Shown: piece after piece, positions 1 to 11,448 of the stretch
Layout: each line of letters opens with the position of its first letter
Numbering within the stretch: position 1 is the stretch's first letter
Origin: Octopus sinensis
Lineage: Eukaryota
NCBI RefSeq assembly: GCF_006345805.1
Contig: NC_043014.1
Coordinates: 49,104,001 to 49,168,000, forward strand
Reading direction: 5' to 3'
Length of the DNA: 64,000 nucleotides
Program-made: the position numbers and the translations under genes
The notes under the pieces: generated by a model
The model's database searches: none
Seen by the model: the letters and a program-made list of their open reading frames with translations, nothing else
Told to the model about the DNA's origin: nothing

Positions 1-820
1 CCTTCTGGGTCCAGAAAGACAGTACTTACCTGCAAGTCCAAGCTCTTCCTGAAAAGGACTGCCACGCCTCTTCCTCTTCCTCGGCTAGGAGAAATAAATT
101 TCTCAAAACCATTTAGAAGAGGCGAGAACGCTTGGGCCCCGTTCATCTTGGACTCGGTTACAATAGCTACATCCACACCGTGTGTCGTGAGGTCGTTCAG
201 GAAATAAATTTGTTTCCATTTCGACCCCATTCCACGCACATTTCCGCAACCCAGCTTTGCCATTGTCGGTGAGAGAAAAAATAAACAAACTTACGGTTGG
301 GACAGGGAGCATGGCAGTTTAAATCTGCCTGCTTCCCCTTCTTCCTCCCTTGTGGTCGTAGCTGCAGGGCTCTTAACCGGCGTTGCCATCGGGCTCTGGG
401 TAGGTGTGGTTGCCGGGGTTATAATAAGTTTACCCTCCAGTATTTCCTTTGTTACATCTCTTATAAGATTATTCTTTAAATGTTCTTGTAGTGTTTTTTC
501 CTTCCACTCGTCTTCCTTTATTTTTGCGAAGCGAGTGGTTGATATTGTGTCTGTAGACTTACTGAATAGTTTAACTTTTGAAAATTTGAAATATTTGTAC
601 ACCCTATCGTTCTTCTCGTCAAATGCTATAATCTTATCATTTTTTTTAACAATTTTTTCAAATCTTGTTTTATGGGGAGGGGCTTGGCGAACTGTGTTCC
701 AATGAATATAGTGCCGTGGGGGTAGGGCTGGGGAATTTGTTTTGTATGTATGTCTGCGGTGTTTGCTGATTTTTTCTTTGTTTGGGGAGGGGAGTCCAGG
801 GTGTTATCTTTTTTTCTTTT
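1..820 (-). mobile_element. L1/Tx1-type LINE, 5' part (ORF1 tail and start of the APE endonuclease), unit 1; continues left of the window
   Basis: Near-identical to 19612-20432, which encodes MAKLGCVNVRG...VVLDVT and a basic ORF1 tail. Confidence 0.9.
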
Positions 821-1570
821 TCAAATTGTTTAGTTAACTAGAAAATTCCGTCCACCAAACAGAAAAGATCCCAATGGAGAGATGTTTTACTTTCACTTTT
901 GACATGTGATATCGATTCACCAGTATTCGAGTAGGTCAATGCGGAAGTAAAATGTTTTTACAGAAGTCTTTCACATTTACTCATTTAGTTGGTGACATTA
1001 ACGGGCGTTGATATTATTATCTGAGATTCCCAAAACAGTTTTTATTATTTCTTAATTATTTTCCCTCTTCAATCTCGACTATTTTACTTTATTAATCCCT
1101 TCACAACTTCCAGCATTCCAATAGGACCTGGTTTCCAGAGAGGAACACTTGCACAAAAAGTGACACTCTCTCTGTATATAATATTCGTTGCCATATATTT
1201 ACCATTCTGAGAAGCTTGGATAGAGATTGGTTACAAATTTAAGTTACAAATTACAATTTTGTTTACAATAATGTTTTCTTTTGACACATTCTACCAGTAT
1301 ACGAAGTTTCAAATTGTTTAGTTAACTAGAAAATTCCGTCCATCAAACAGAAAAGATCCCAATAGAGAGATGTTTTACTTTCACTTTTGACATGTGATAT
1401 CGATTCACCAGTATTCGAGTAGGTCAATGCGGAAGTAAAATGTTTTTACAGAAGTCTTTCACTTTTACTCATTTAGTTGGTGACATTAACGGGCGTTGAT
1501 ATTATTATCTGAGATTCCCAAAACAGTTTTTATTATTTCTTAATTATTTTACTTCTCCAATCTCGACTGT
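821..1570. repeat. Intronic array (2 copies) of transposon right TIR plus IRF-like site, with a GAS-containing spacer
   Basis: CAGAAAAGATCCC recurs at ~868 and ~1355, each followed by TTTACTTTCACTTTTG. The spacer matches the sequence upstream of exon 1 (16040-16206). Confidence 0.9.
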
Positions 1571-2105
1571 TTTAGAATTTTAGAATTTTATCGTAACACA
1601 ACCATAATAAGAGAAGAATAACCGATCCTAGATTTGGTAGCGTAGCATCATCTAGTTATTAGCTTTCGAAAATGTGGGGAAAATGAATTCCATTGTTTAT
1701 TTAAATGGTTTTTCAGTTTCATTAAACACACATACACAAATGTATATACACTCTCACACGTTCTCCAGAGTCTACAGTGGGGTATACATACTCACGCACG
1801 CACACAGTCGAGTAATGGTAAAGGGTGTGCGTGTGCACACGCACACACGCAGAGTCAGAAACGCACGCACACACTTGATCGGGCGTGCGCACACAAAAAC
1901 ACACTCTCACACATACACACACAGAATGTCTTCAATCTTATGCATTGTCAACTTGCCAAATACTTCTTACGTAGAATGTTTCCACAATAGAAAAGTTTCA
2001 AATTTTCTAAATAACCGATCCAATTTCTTTTCGAACCTATGATAAATTTGATAACCTGATATTATCCAAGCAATTACCCAAGCTACTAGAGGTCAAAAAC
2101 TCCCT

Positions 2106-2528
2106 GGGATCTTTTCGGTTTGAACGGCAGTTTTTAACATAATTTCTAGGTAATTAAAAAATTTTAAACTTCGTATACTGGTAGAATGTGTTTATAAAAC
2201 ATCTTTTTCTCTTGGCTTTATTGAGAAAATTCTATAGTTTGTAAGATATTTGTTGTTTTTTTTCTTCAATTTCTGCAATTTCAACCAATCAGTGACGTCT
2301 ATTGAGTTAAAAAGCATTGTGTGCCGTATGAATATGTCCCTCGTTTAAGAAACAGATTGGGTTTATTTACATTTGTGAAGGAAAAAAAGATACCCTTCAA
2401 CCACCCCTAACTAACCCTAACCCTAAAACAGATTGAAATGCAATAGATCGATACTAGGGTCATAATTTTGGGTGACAATTTCATATGAAACCGCTAGAAA
2501 AAACTGCCGTTCAAACCGAAGAGATCCC
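2106..2528. mobile_element. MITE with ~30-bp TIRs (GGGATCTTTTCGGTTTGAACGGCAGTTTTT) and internal CCCTAA repeats
   Basis: Matching inverted termini at 2106 and 2528, no ORF. Several other copies in the window. Confidence 0.85.
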
Positions 2529-2822
2529 AAGCTGCTGCTAGTCTTATGACCGCTACAACAGCAATCAAAAAGATTCATTTTCTGTCGTGTTTTCGTGAGA
2601 AAAAAAAATGAACATCGAAGGGGAATAAATCTTTTATGGTTTGTGTATGATAGTTAAGGAAAGGTTGCCATGATGAATAAAACACGGGAGACAATATATA
2701 CGTGTGTTCCACAGAGTAATTTCCCTTGAAATGAAATTGGAAAATTCCTTTTCTCTGTATTAAAATCGAGGGCAGCGTTTATATCTCTAAGTTTTTAGTA
2801 TAGTGATGCAATTTTATAGAAG

Positions 2823-3196
2823 ACTAGCAGTATAACCCGGCGTTGCTCGGGTTTCTTTCGACCCTTTAGGATTGGAATTTTTGAAAGCTACAAATTTTGC
2901 ATTATGTAGCTTGTTATTCTCTGAACATTTTTCTGGTAGAAATACACTGAGAAATGGCGACAGAGCAGTAAAAAAAAATCGTCAAAATTAGGGATTTTCA
3001 TAGAAAAAAAGCACCTTTTTGATGTTAACATGCTCCGATTTGAATTTTTTCTTCTACGGAAGGAAGAGCAAGCCTTCTTCTATCATACTCTCAATTTTGG
3101 TCAACTTGTGCCGCAGGGTCTCGGAGGAGATAGTGTTAGTTGAAGGCTACCAAACCTTCCATACACAGACAACTTCAGCTTTATATAGAGAGAGAT
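2823..3196. mobile_element. Non-autonomous Helitron-like element; also at 22805-23177, 38189-38562, 56491-56863
   Basis: Starts ACTAGCAGTATAACCCGGCGTTGCTCGGG and ends ACAGACAACTTCAGCTTTATATAGAGAGAGAT. Shares its 5' end with the element at 13382. Class assigned from resemblance to invertebrate ACTAGC...CCCGGC..GC.CGGG elements. Confidence 0.5.
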
Positions 3197-3409
3197 TAAT
3201 TGTACAGAAATATATAATTTCGCTGCTTTTCGGAGACGCGCGCACACACACACACACATGTATGTATATATGAATATGTATAAATGTGTAGGTGCGAGTG
3301 TATGTGTGCGTGTATATGTGTGTGTTATATACTTATAGGCGTAGTTGTGAGGTAAAAAAGTTGTTTCTCAACCCTGTGCCACAGGGTTCGATTTCAGTTT
3401 CAGCCTATA

Positions 3410-4622
3410 CAGGGGTTGGACAAAATAATGGAAACACATTAACGTTTCAAACAAATTTATTTTAATATGGCAGTAATTTTGATATTTGGCAGTAATTACA
3501 AGTTGAATTCTACGAGATATGGACTTGTGCAAAGTTTGAATTCTTTCCAAAGGAATTTTTGTTCAAACAGTCTCCAGTTCTTGTAGTGATGATAGTGGAG
3601 GATATCGGCTCCTTCCTTATTTTTCTAAAATGCACCAATAAGTGTTCAATAATATTGAGACCTGGGGACTGTGGTGGCCATATAAGATATTCAACCTCAC
3701 TAAAATGTTCCTCGTACCATTCAGTAACAACTTTAGCTGTGTGAATTGGTGCATTATCATTCTGAAAGATTGCATTTCGCTCCGGAAACAGTTCTGCAAC
3801 CATTGGATGAATTTGATCAGATAAAATGCTTCAATAATCTTGACTATTAATTCTGCCATGAAGGAAAAACATTGGGCCAGCAGATTTCCAAGATATAGCC
3901 CCCAAAGCTCATCATTGCAGATCCTCTTCCGTGTTTAATAAAAGAAAGCAGTCTGGGTCAAATGCTTCTTTTGGCTGACTCCACAAGTACACTCGGTGGT
4001 CGGAAAAAAGGTAAAGGATGACTCGTCCAAGAAAATAGCATTCATCCACTGCTCTGGGGACCAATTCTGTAGATTTTTTACTCCACTCTAAACGCTTTGC
4101 AACGTTTGTTTTTGAAAGTAGTGGTTTTCTTAACAGTAGCCCTCCCTTGAAATCCTGCCTTTTGTAGCTCCCGGTGAACTGTTCTTGAGGAAACTGGGTT
4201 CTCTACAGTAATTTAGGGAGCTGTACTTTTGTGATTCTTTCTAATAATTCGCATAAGAATCCAACGGTCCCTATCTGGAAGTTTTGGTTTTCTTCTGGAG
4301 TTTTGTTTCAACGAGGAGGTTTTTTTCCTCTTTCTCAAAGGCTGTCATTACTTTCAAGACTTCTTGATACACCAAACATTTCAGCTGTTTTCGTTATGCT
4401 AGCTCCTGCTATACGAGCACCAACAATTTGACCGCTTTGAAAGTCCGATAGATCTGTCATCTTAATGAATTTTAATTACCTTATTTTGATGATATCTGAA
4501 AAGAAAAGCAATTTTAGCAAAACATATTAAGCAACACTAATAATAAATCAAAAAACGTTTTGACGGTTTTATAAATATCTCAAAATTATGATGTTATGAT
4601 GCTAGGTGTTTCCATTATTTTT
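3410..4622 (-). mobile_element. Degenerate Tc1-family DNA transposon
   Basis: TIR CAGGGGTTGGACAAAATAATGGAAACAC after TA, with a partial inverted match at 4606-4622. The minus strand gives MTDLSDFQSGQIVGARIAG (start 4460), an FSDES-like first-Asp motif and FQNDNAPIH...WPPQSPGLNIIEHL (DDE core), with frameshifts. Confidence 0.92.
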
Positions 4623-4991
4623 GCGCGTGTGTGTATGTGTGTGTGAGAGAGTGTTATATCATATTATATTACATAATATAAGTGATCTACAACAGCCTGT
4701 CCATCTTGTTGTTGTTGTCGTTGTTGTTGATGATGATGATGATGCATTTATCACTCTGTCAAACACACCTCTTACATTGTTCTCTCACTTATTTACGCTC
4801 AGTTTTCCGTGCGCATATTAAAAACATCGAACATTCGGATCCAAAATGCTCAGCCACTACATCAACCGTATCAGACAGGGAAGGTTTGACATTGTTTCAT
4901 TAACTAAAAATCGAAAATTGGAGAATATCTTTTTGTCAATGATAATGTGTGATATCATATTTCATACGCAATCATTTTGTTTTTATTTCAG

Positions 4992-6394
4992 GATGAAGGA
5001 AGTAGAAGAGAATCGTATAGGGAGAGAATTAAAAGATTTCCAAATGTAATGGAAGAAAGTTTTGAGAAAGCCGAAGAAGGTTGGTCGTCTTTCTACAAAA
5101 AAGTAGAAAGTACGTTGAATAATGATATCTTATTTGGTTTAGAAGATGAGATTCGTCAAAAGAACGTCCTAGTATATATTCTGTGGCAGATGAACGATAA
5201 ATTTTCAGCTGAAAAATTAGCCAATGAAGTTCGAGAAAAGAAGCCAGATAACCTGGTGGCATTAACCAACCTTGCATTCATTCATTTGTACGATGGAAAT
5301 ATCCCTGAGGTAAGAAACCTTTTGGATAATCTAAGCAAGCTTGAAGAAAGAGAAAATTTCTCGCTGATAGAAGCAGAAGGCAAAAGAAATGTTGCTTATT
5401 GTTTAGCTACTATATCTTTTGAAGATCATGAAAGAGCTGTCGAAGATCATGAAAGAGCTGTAAAGAGAAAAGATGTGAAAATATTAAGGAATCAATACAG
5501 TACTTAGAGAAAATACGATGTGCTTTTCCACGCCATATTGATAAGGGCCTAATGGGAAGAACATTAGCATTGATTGGTTTGTTTCAACTTAGTCCTTATA
5601 ATTTTCATAGTCAACCAGCTAAAAAGTATTTTCAGAGAGCTCTTGATATTTCCCCTGATGACCGCTATGTTTTGGAGAAAAGTGCCTATCATTATATACG
5701 TTCATATCAGCATGAAGAAGGAAGAAAATTGCTTGAAAAAGCAATTGAAATAAAGGCAACATCATATTCTCATCATCAGCTTGGATTAGTTTATCTAAGA
5801 ATGAATACACCAAAATATACATATGTCCCAATGAACAAACAATTCTCAAAAGAAACGAATGTATTTGCGAAAGTTTTAAAACATGCTCAAAGTATTCCTC
5901 ATAGAGAAAGGAATGAGTTAATCAACAAAGCTGAATATCACTTTCAACAAGCTCTTGAACTTTCTCATGAATATTCACCTACTCTCTATGATATAATTTT
6001 ATTATATATGTCTTTGAAAGAATATGACAATGCCAGGAAGTATTGTGAAAGATTTAAAGCAGATAACACAAGGCAAGATGTTAATTTTTACATTTTGTTT
6101 GGAAAATTATGTTTTAAAGAAGCAGATGTAAAAAATGATGAAGAAGAAAAAGATCAATTAAGATGTACAGGAATGGATTGGTTTGTTCTGGCTCTTAAAT
6201 CTGCTGTAGAATTTCTTCCTTTCGACAAAGACCTGATAGAAATTTGGGAGATAAAGGAAATAATACTTGATTTATATGAGTATGGAAATGGAAATACTGA
6301 ATACAAAAAATTTGTTTTGGAATTCATTCAGTCAGTAGAAGACCTTGCCAATGACAAAGCGTTCCAAAATATACTTCACAAGAGTGAATTATAA
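4992..6394 (+). pseudogene. IFIT/TTC22-like TPR gene copy 1, large coding exon, frameshifted; its ATG exon lies left of the window
   Basis: Acceptor TTTTGTTTTTATTTCAG|GAT at 4991/4992. ORFs 4977-5507 and 5552-6394 together match the intact copy. A 95-bp deletion replaced by a 16-bp templated insert (5445-5460) shifts the frame. Confidence 0.9.
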
Positions 6395-6683
6395 AAGATA
6401 AATTGTGTTCATACTTTTCTTATTACTTTCTTTATTGATAATACTCAACAATATTTTGAAATTCATTGTTATATATCTCACGTTTTCTGAAGTAATACCA
6501 AATACGTTTATCTAAAGCTAAATTTTAAAAATCATATAAATTTAGACTACTCCTTTCTTTGAAACACAAGATGAATGTAGCAAAGAATTCTACAGGAAAT
6601 ATTACTGCCTTTGTAATGGATGTGGCCCTGAAACCAACGTTGAAATGATGTCAGAGCATTCAAAGGATGACGACATAACTAAC

Positions 6684-7020
6684 TTTCATTTTGACATATT
6701 TTAACATCCCCAAACAGTGAAGAAGTGGCAGAAAATATTAGAATGAATCTAGAGATATACTTTTGCTTGAAAGTTCCATTTGATAATCGTGACTACATAT
6801 TGGGATGATGTAAAACTGGAAACCTTTGCATTATACTGAAACATCGTTGGAATATTGGAATTCTATAAGTAACAATCAAAAATTACTAATTTACACAAAA
6901 GACACCAAGTAAATCCTTGAAGATTGACAACCTAAGTAAGGACGACATTTTACTATCAGGAAGCATGAAGCCAGAAATTCCAAAACATTTAAAAAGTTTT
7001 CCTCAATTTAAATGGCAATG

Positions 7021-7065
<45 letters not shown>

Positions 7066-7136
7066 GGGGGGGAGAGAGAGAGAGTGAGAGAGAGATAGAG
7101 ATGAATAGTTTTAGTTTCCTTTGCAGACTATATTAG
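6684..7136 (+). pseudogene. Decayed TIR-like domain relic behind the stop codon of copy 1
   Basis: With one frameshift repaired it reads FHFDIF[L]TSPNSEEVAENI.MNLEI.FCLKVPFDNRDYILG*...IPKHLKSFPQFKW...FSFLCRLY*, following the order of TIR box1, box2 (RD..PG-like) and box3. Internal stops present. Confidence 0.6.
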
Positions 7137-7589
7137 TTCGTGTTCATTAGTGTGCAGATCATTTCATGTGTCTGTATTTTGGCAATGTCCTATCTAAGAG
7201 TTACTGCTGCTGTGGTGGTTCTACATCAGATGTAACTTAACATCGGTGACAGGTCTTGATGATAAACTTTAATACTATTTTATTATGAAAGCACTAAAGA
7301 ACTGAATGGCATATTTGGCCCTTGTAAATTGTTTGCCTCTTTTCTGGGACACAAGCAAATAACTGAGGCAGCAAAATCTTTCAACAGGTTAGCCATATGT
7401 GGAAGAGTTGTAACTTTCAGTTAAACGGGCATAAAAGAAATCGATGTAATAAACATCACAGAGAAATACGTATAAACTTATCATCAGATCCTCGTTACTT
7501 CCCTGCACTTCCCATAAAAACATGTAAACATTCCACTAACCAAACCACATTAGTTATGTATTAAAACCTTTTAACTTAAAGAGAAAATA

Positions 7590-7914
7590 ATGCGGGAGTG
7601 CTATGATAGTAGTAGGATGTTGAATGGTCAAGTGACCTAAAAGTGATCACTTGACAATTTTAACATCCTACTACTATCCTAACATCCTGCATTCTCTTAT
7701 TATTCTGTCTCTTTCTTCTTCTTCGTCTTCCTCTCCACCACCTCCTTCCTTACTTTACTACTACTGCTGTTTAGAATAACATCTACGAAAATATTATAAA
7801 CAATACATTCAAAAGAGATATCGCAAGGATTCAATCACTACTACCATCCACAACAATCCACTTTCTGGGCACAACACCATTTAACATCCTACTACTATCA
7901 TAGCACTCCCATAT
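7590..7914. mobile_element. MITE with ~38-bp TIRs flanked by TA; also at 27741-28065, 43104-43428, 61358-61682
   Basis: GGGAGTGCTATGATAGTAGTAGGATGTTGAATGGT at 7594 is inverted at 7876-7910. TA dinucleotides at 7588 and 7915 fit a Tc1/mariner-type TSD. Confidence 0.75.
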
Positions 7915-9211
7915 TATTTCTTCCTCCTCCACCTCCTCCTTCTTCTTCTTCTCTGCCAAGAATTCACAATGACCGCGAACCCCAAGAGTAAACAAGAGAG
8001 ACAGAGACAGGCAGAAACACGGAAAATGTCCCTTGTATTTGAATACTATGCAAACATTCTTTTAAAGTACTTTTCATTTAATTTTTTCAAATTTAATTGT
8101 TTTCTATACTTACAGTTGAAAAAGTCTCAATGACTGAAACGGTAATGAAATGTTTTTTTCATACAATTATTTTAGCATTTTCTACCTTGACTATTTTCCA
8201 TATTTATATATATATATATACATACATACATTTTATTAACCTTAGCCATTTCACATAAACACACACACACACCCACAGATTCCTCTCAATGAGGAAGAAA
8301 AGAAAGAAAAAGAACATTGTGTTAAAGAGAAAAAGAAAGAAGAAAGACAATGTTGAACTGTTCGAACTCTATATTGCATCAAAACATTAATGTTTTGATT
8401 GTTTCCGGACGTTCTGTATTGTGCATGCCCTTTTATTGTTTTCTTTTTTTAAATTCTGTTGCAGGTTATTTTCTTTAATGTATCTGATATGTTTCACGTT
8501 TTATTTGATGTTGTAATAATTGTATAAACTGTTGTTAAGCGTTAAGCAATTGCCTTCTGCCGTCTCTCTCTTTTCTTCCTGTTGTTGTTGTTGTTGTTGT
8601 TATCTCCGGTCACCGGTTCGAGTTCGCTGCCATCCCCCACAACCGTTTTCTCTGTGGCAGATTCCGTTCGACTGAGCCTGGTGAATCATTGCTCGACTTT
8701 GTAGGGTCCCGGGTTCGAGTTGAGCGATGGCAGGTTCGTAACAATAGCATTGTGTCTACAAGATGCCTGTAACAGCACTGGATTTTCCACAATTGACAAT
8801 AAAAATTGAAATAAAATAAGAATAAAAGTATACAGTTGTGTTTGATTGTTGTTTCCTAAAAATTATTCAAAGAAACAGATGTATAAGAAGAAAACAATGA
8901 AAGATGAAAAAAAAAATGGAAATCAGATGAATTTCTGATGAATTTGATCTCAGAGGATACGTATAAGGGAAGGTAATGAGTTGTATGCAGATCTAATATT
9001 GAAGAAACAAACCTTCTAGACTCACAAAATACTTAAACTAAAATATAAGTGTCATAATAGTGGTGGTTGGCTGCAGAGTTTCAAAGTTCGACGTAACTTA
9101 ATGTTTCGTGTAGTGTATGATGAAAGGTATTCAGTGGACAAGGAAGCAGCTGTAAAGGTATGGAAGAGTATTTTATATATATGTATTTATTTATATATAT
9201 ATAATTTATAT

Positions 9212-9253
<42 letters not shown>

Positions 9254-9254
9254 A

Positions 9255-9309
<55 letters not shown>

Positions 9310-9310
<1 letters not shown>

Positions 9311-10215
9311 AAAAGTATTAAATGAATTATAAATATAATATAAGTAAGAACACTAAGGTACGTTTCATGGCTACATTAAATTTGAATTACAATTAAGTTT
9401 AAATTCAATTGAAATAAATTAAAGTTAAAATTATAGTCAATCTTCAGGTTAATGATAATAGTTAAATAAATAAGCAAATAGAGTTAAACAATATTTATTT
9501 AAGAAATAAATAAAATAATAATTTTTCTTATAGAAAAAACTCCATTATCAAAATTAGAAACTTAAATCATTAGGATTATTTCCTACAACACATTTATTAA
9601 GTTAAATATTTATTTTTAGGGTAAAATAAAATAGATAGAAATATGTATTTATCTATGAAGATATAATATAGCTTTAAAAAAACATAATAAACTCTCGAAT
9701 ATCCTTAACTCAGTTATAGTCCAATATTTAATTACCAAATTATTTAACAAAATAATCACTATTCATATTTTTAAATTTAAGTTCACATCTAATAAATATA
9801 AAATATTTTAAAATAAGTATCTAAATTATAATCAACAAATATAGTAATTAAAATCTAAAATTTACTCTATCAATAAATATAAAGACATATAATGAAAAAA
9901 AATTAATTAATTAGTCCATTATTACTTACATAAATATTATAAATATCAATATAATATATTATGAAATACATTTAAAAATTAAATTATTTATGTATTGGTT
10001 TATGTCTATCACTGTTTGAGTTGCATATTAATGGTTTTATCTCTAATTCATATTTTATATCTCTATACTATGAATGAAATTGATTTAATATTAAACTGAA
10101 TATTTCCCTGTAAGCTTGGAGTTATACTCCCTAATATTATTATTTATATGTATATATAATCAATAATAATAAAGGGTAAAATTAATTAATTAATTAATTA
10201 ATAATTAATGATTTT
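9310..10215. other. Extremely AT-rich, non-periodic ~900-bp block between (TA)n and (TAAT)n; also ~30225-31130, 45605-46495 and starting ~63932
   Basis: Composition is directly visible. No ORF in the track. Recurs in every unit. Confidence 0.8.
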
Positions 10216-10227
10216 ACCAATTAGTTA

Positions 10228-10474
10228 TGAACCGCTAAGTTACGGGAATGTAAACACACCACCATCGTTGTCAAGCGATGTTGGGAGGACAAACACATAC
10301 ACACACATACATATATATATACATATATACGACGGCTTCTTTCAGTTTCCGTCTACCAAATCCTGGCCCGAAGCTATAGTAAAGACGCTTGCTCAAGGTG
10401 CCATGCAGTGGGACTGAACTCAGAACCATGTAGTTCGTAACCAAGCTACTTAACACAAAGCCACTCCTACGCCT
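10228..10474 (-). mobile_element. tRNA-derived SINE, 3'-truncated; also ~31145-31392 and ~46507-46754
   Basis: Reverse-complement head GGCGTAGGAGTGGCTTTGTGTTAAGTAGCTTG with a box-B-like GGTTCTGAGTTCAGTCCC, and the internal (TG)n tract of the family. Confidence 0.85.
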
Positions 10475-10617
10475 ATTTAAATTATTTTTTTTTTCTAATT
10501 TGATAATATTCGAGGAATTTATATGACTCACTATTTGCTTTCTTTTTCGTTTTTAGTTGTTTCTGGTTTCTAGGTATTTAATAAACGTATTCAGGTTACT
10601 CGTTTATAAATGACATT

Positions 10618-11448
10618 GGATCGTTTCGGTTTGAACGGCAGTTTTTAAAAATAATTTACACGTAGGAGTGGCTGTGTGGTAAGTAGCTTGTTTACCAACC
10701 ACATGGTTTTGGGTTCAGTCGCACTGTGTGGCACCTTGGGCAAGTGTCTTCTACCATAGCCTCAGGCCGACCAAAGCCTTGTGAGTAGATTTGGTAGATA
10801 GAAACTGAAAGAAGCCTGTCGTATATATGTATATATATATATATGCGTGTGTGTGTTTGTATGTCTGTGTTTGTCCCCCTAGCATTGCTTGACAACCGAT
10901 GCTGGTGTGTTTACGACCTCGTAACTTAGCGGTTCGGCAAAAGAGACCAATAGAATAAGTACTGGGCTTGCAAAAGAATAAGTCCTGGGGTCGAGTTGCT
11001 TGATTAAAGGTGGTGCTCCAGTATGGCCGCAGTCAAATGACTGAAACAAGTAAAAGAGTAAAAGAGAGAGAGAGAGAGTAACTAAACACTTTTAAACTTC
11101 GTATACTGGTAGAATGTGTTTATAAAACATCTTTTTCTCTTGGCTGCCTTGAGAAAATTCTATAGTTTGTAAGATATTTGTTGTTTTTTCCCTCCAATTT
11201 CTGCAATTTCAACCAATCAATGATGTCTATTGAGCTGAAAACATTCTGTGTGGTATGAATATGTTCCTTGTTTAAGAAACAGATTGGGTTTATTTACATT
11301 TGTGAAGAAAAAAAAATACCCTTCCCCCACCTCTAACCCTAAACCTAAAAGAGATTGAAATGCAATAGATCGATACTAGGGTCATAATTACGGTGACAAT
11401 TTCATATGACATGCTAGAAAAAACTGCCGTTCAAACCGAAAAGATCCC
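10618..11448. mobile_element. GGATC-TIR MITE interrupted by a nested SINE; further fragments of the family at 11450-12089
   Basis: Left TIR at 10618, right TIR ending at 11448. The body resumes at ~11080 after the SINE. Confidence 0.8.
10660..11068 (+). mobile_element. Full-length tRNA-derived SINE of octopus type
   Basis: Head CGTAGGAGTGGCTGTGTGGTAAGTAGCTTG, core CACCTTGGGCAAGTG, (TA)/(TG) tract, tail GACTGAAACAAGTAAAAGAGTAAAAGAG. Confidence 0.88.

Noticed and set aside
2400-2430. CCCTAA repeats as telomere or interstitial telomeric sequence
   Set aside because: Only 2-3 units, always at the same internal position of a MITE family.
5029-5849. Minus-strand ORFs overlapping the TPR exon (e.g. 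5029, 5619, 25011, 40445, 58712)
   Set aside because: Short antisense shadows, not preserved in length across copies, with no motifs.
9310-10215. NUMT or ciliate-code gene
   Set aside because: No recognisable mitochondrial protein, rRNA or tRNA on either strand by eye, and the TGA-free stretch is expected by chance at this composition. Kept only as unexplained.
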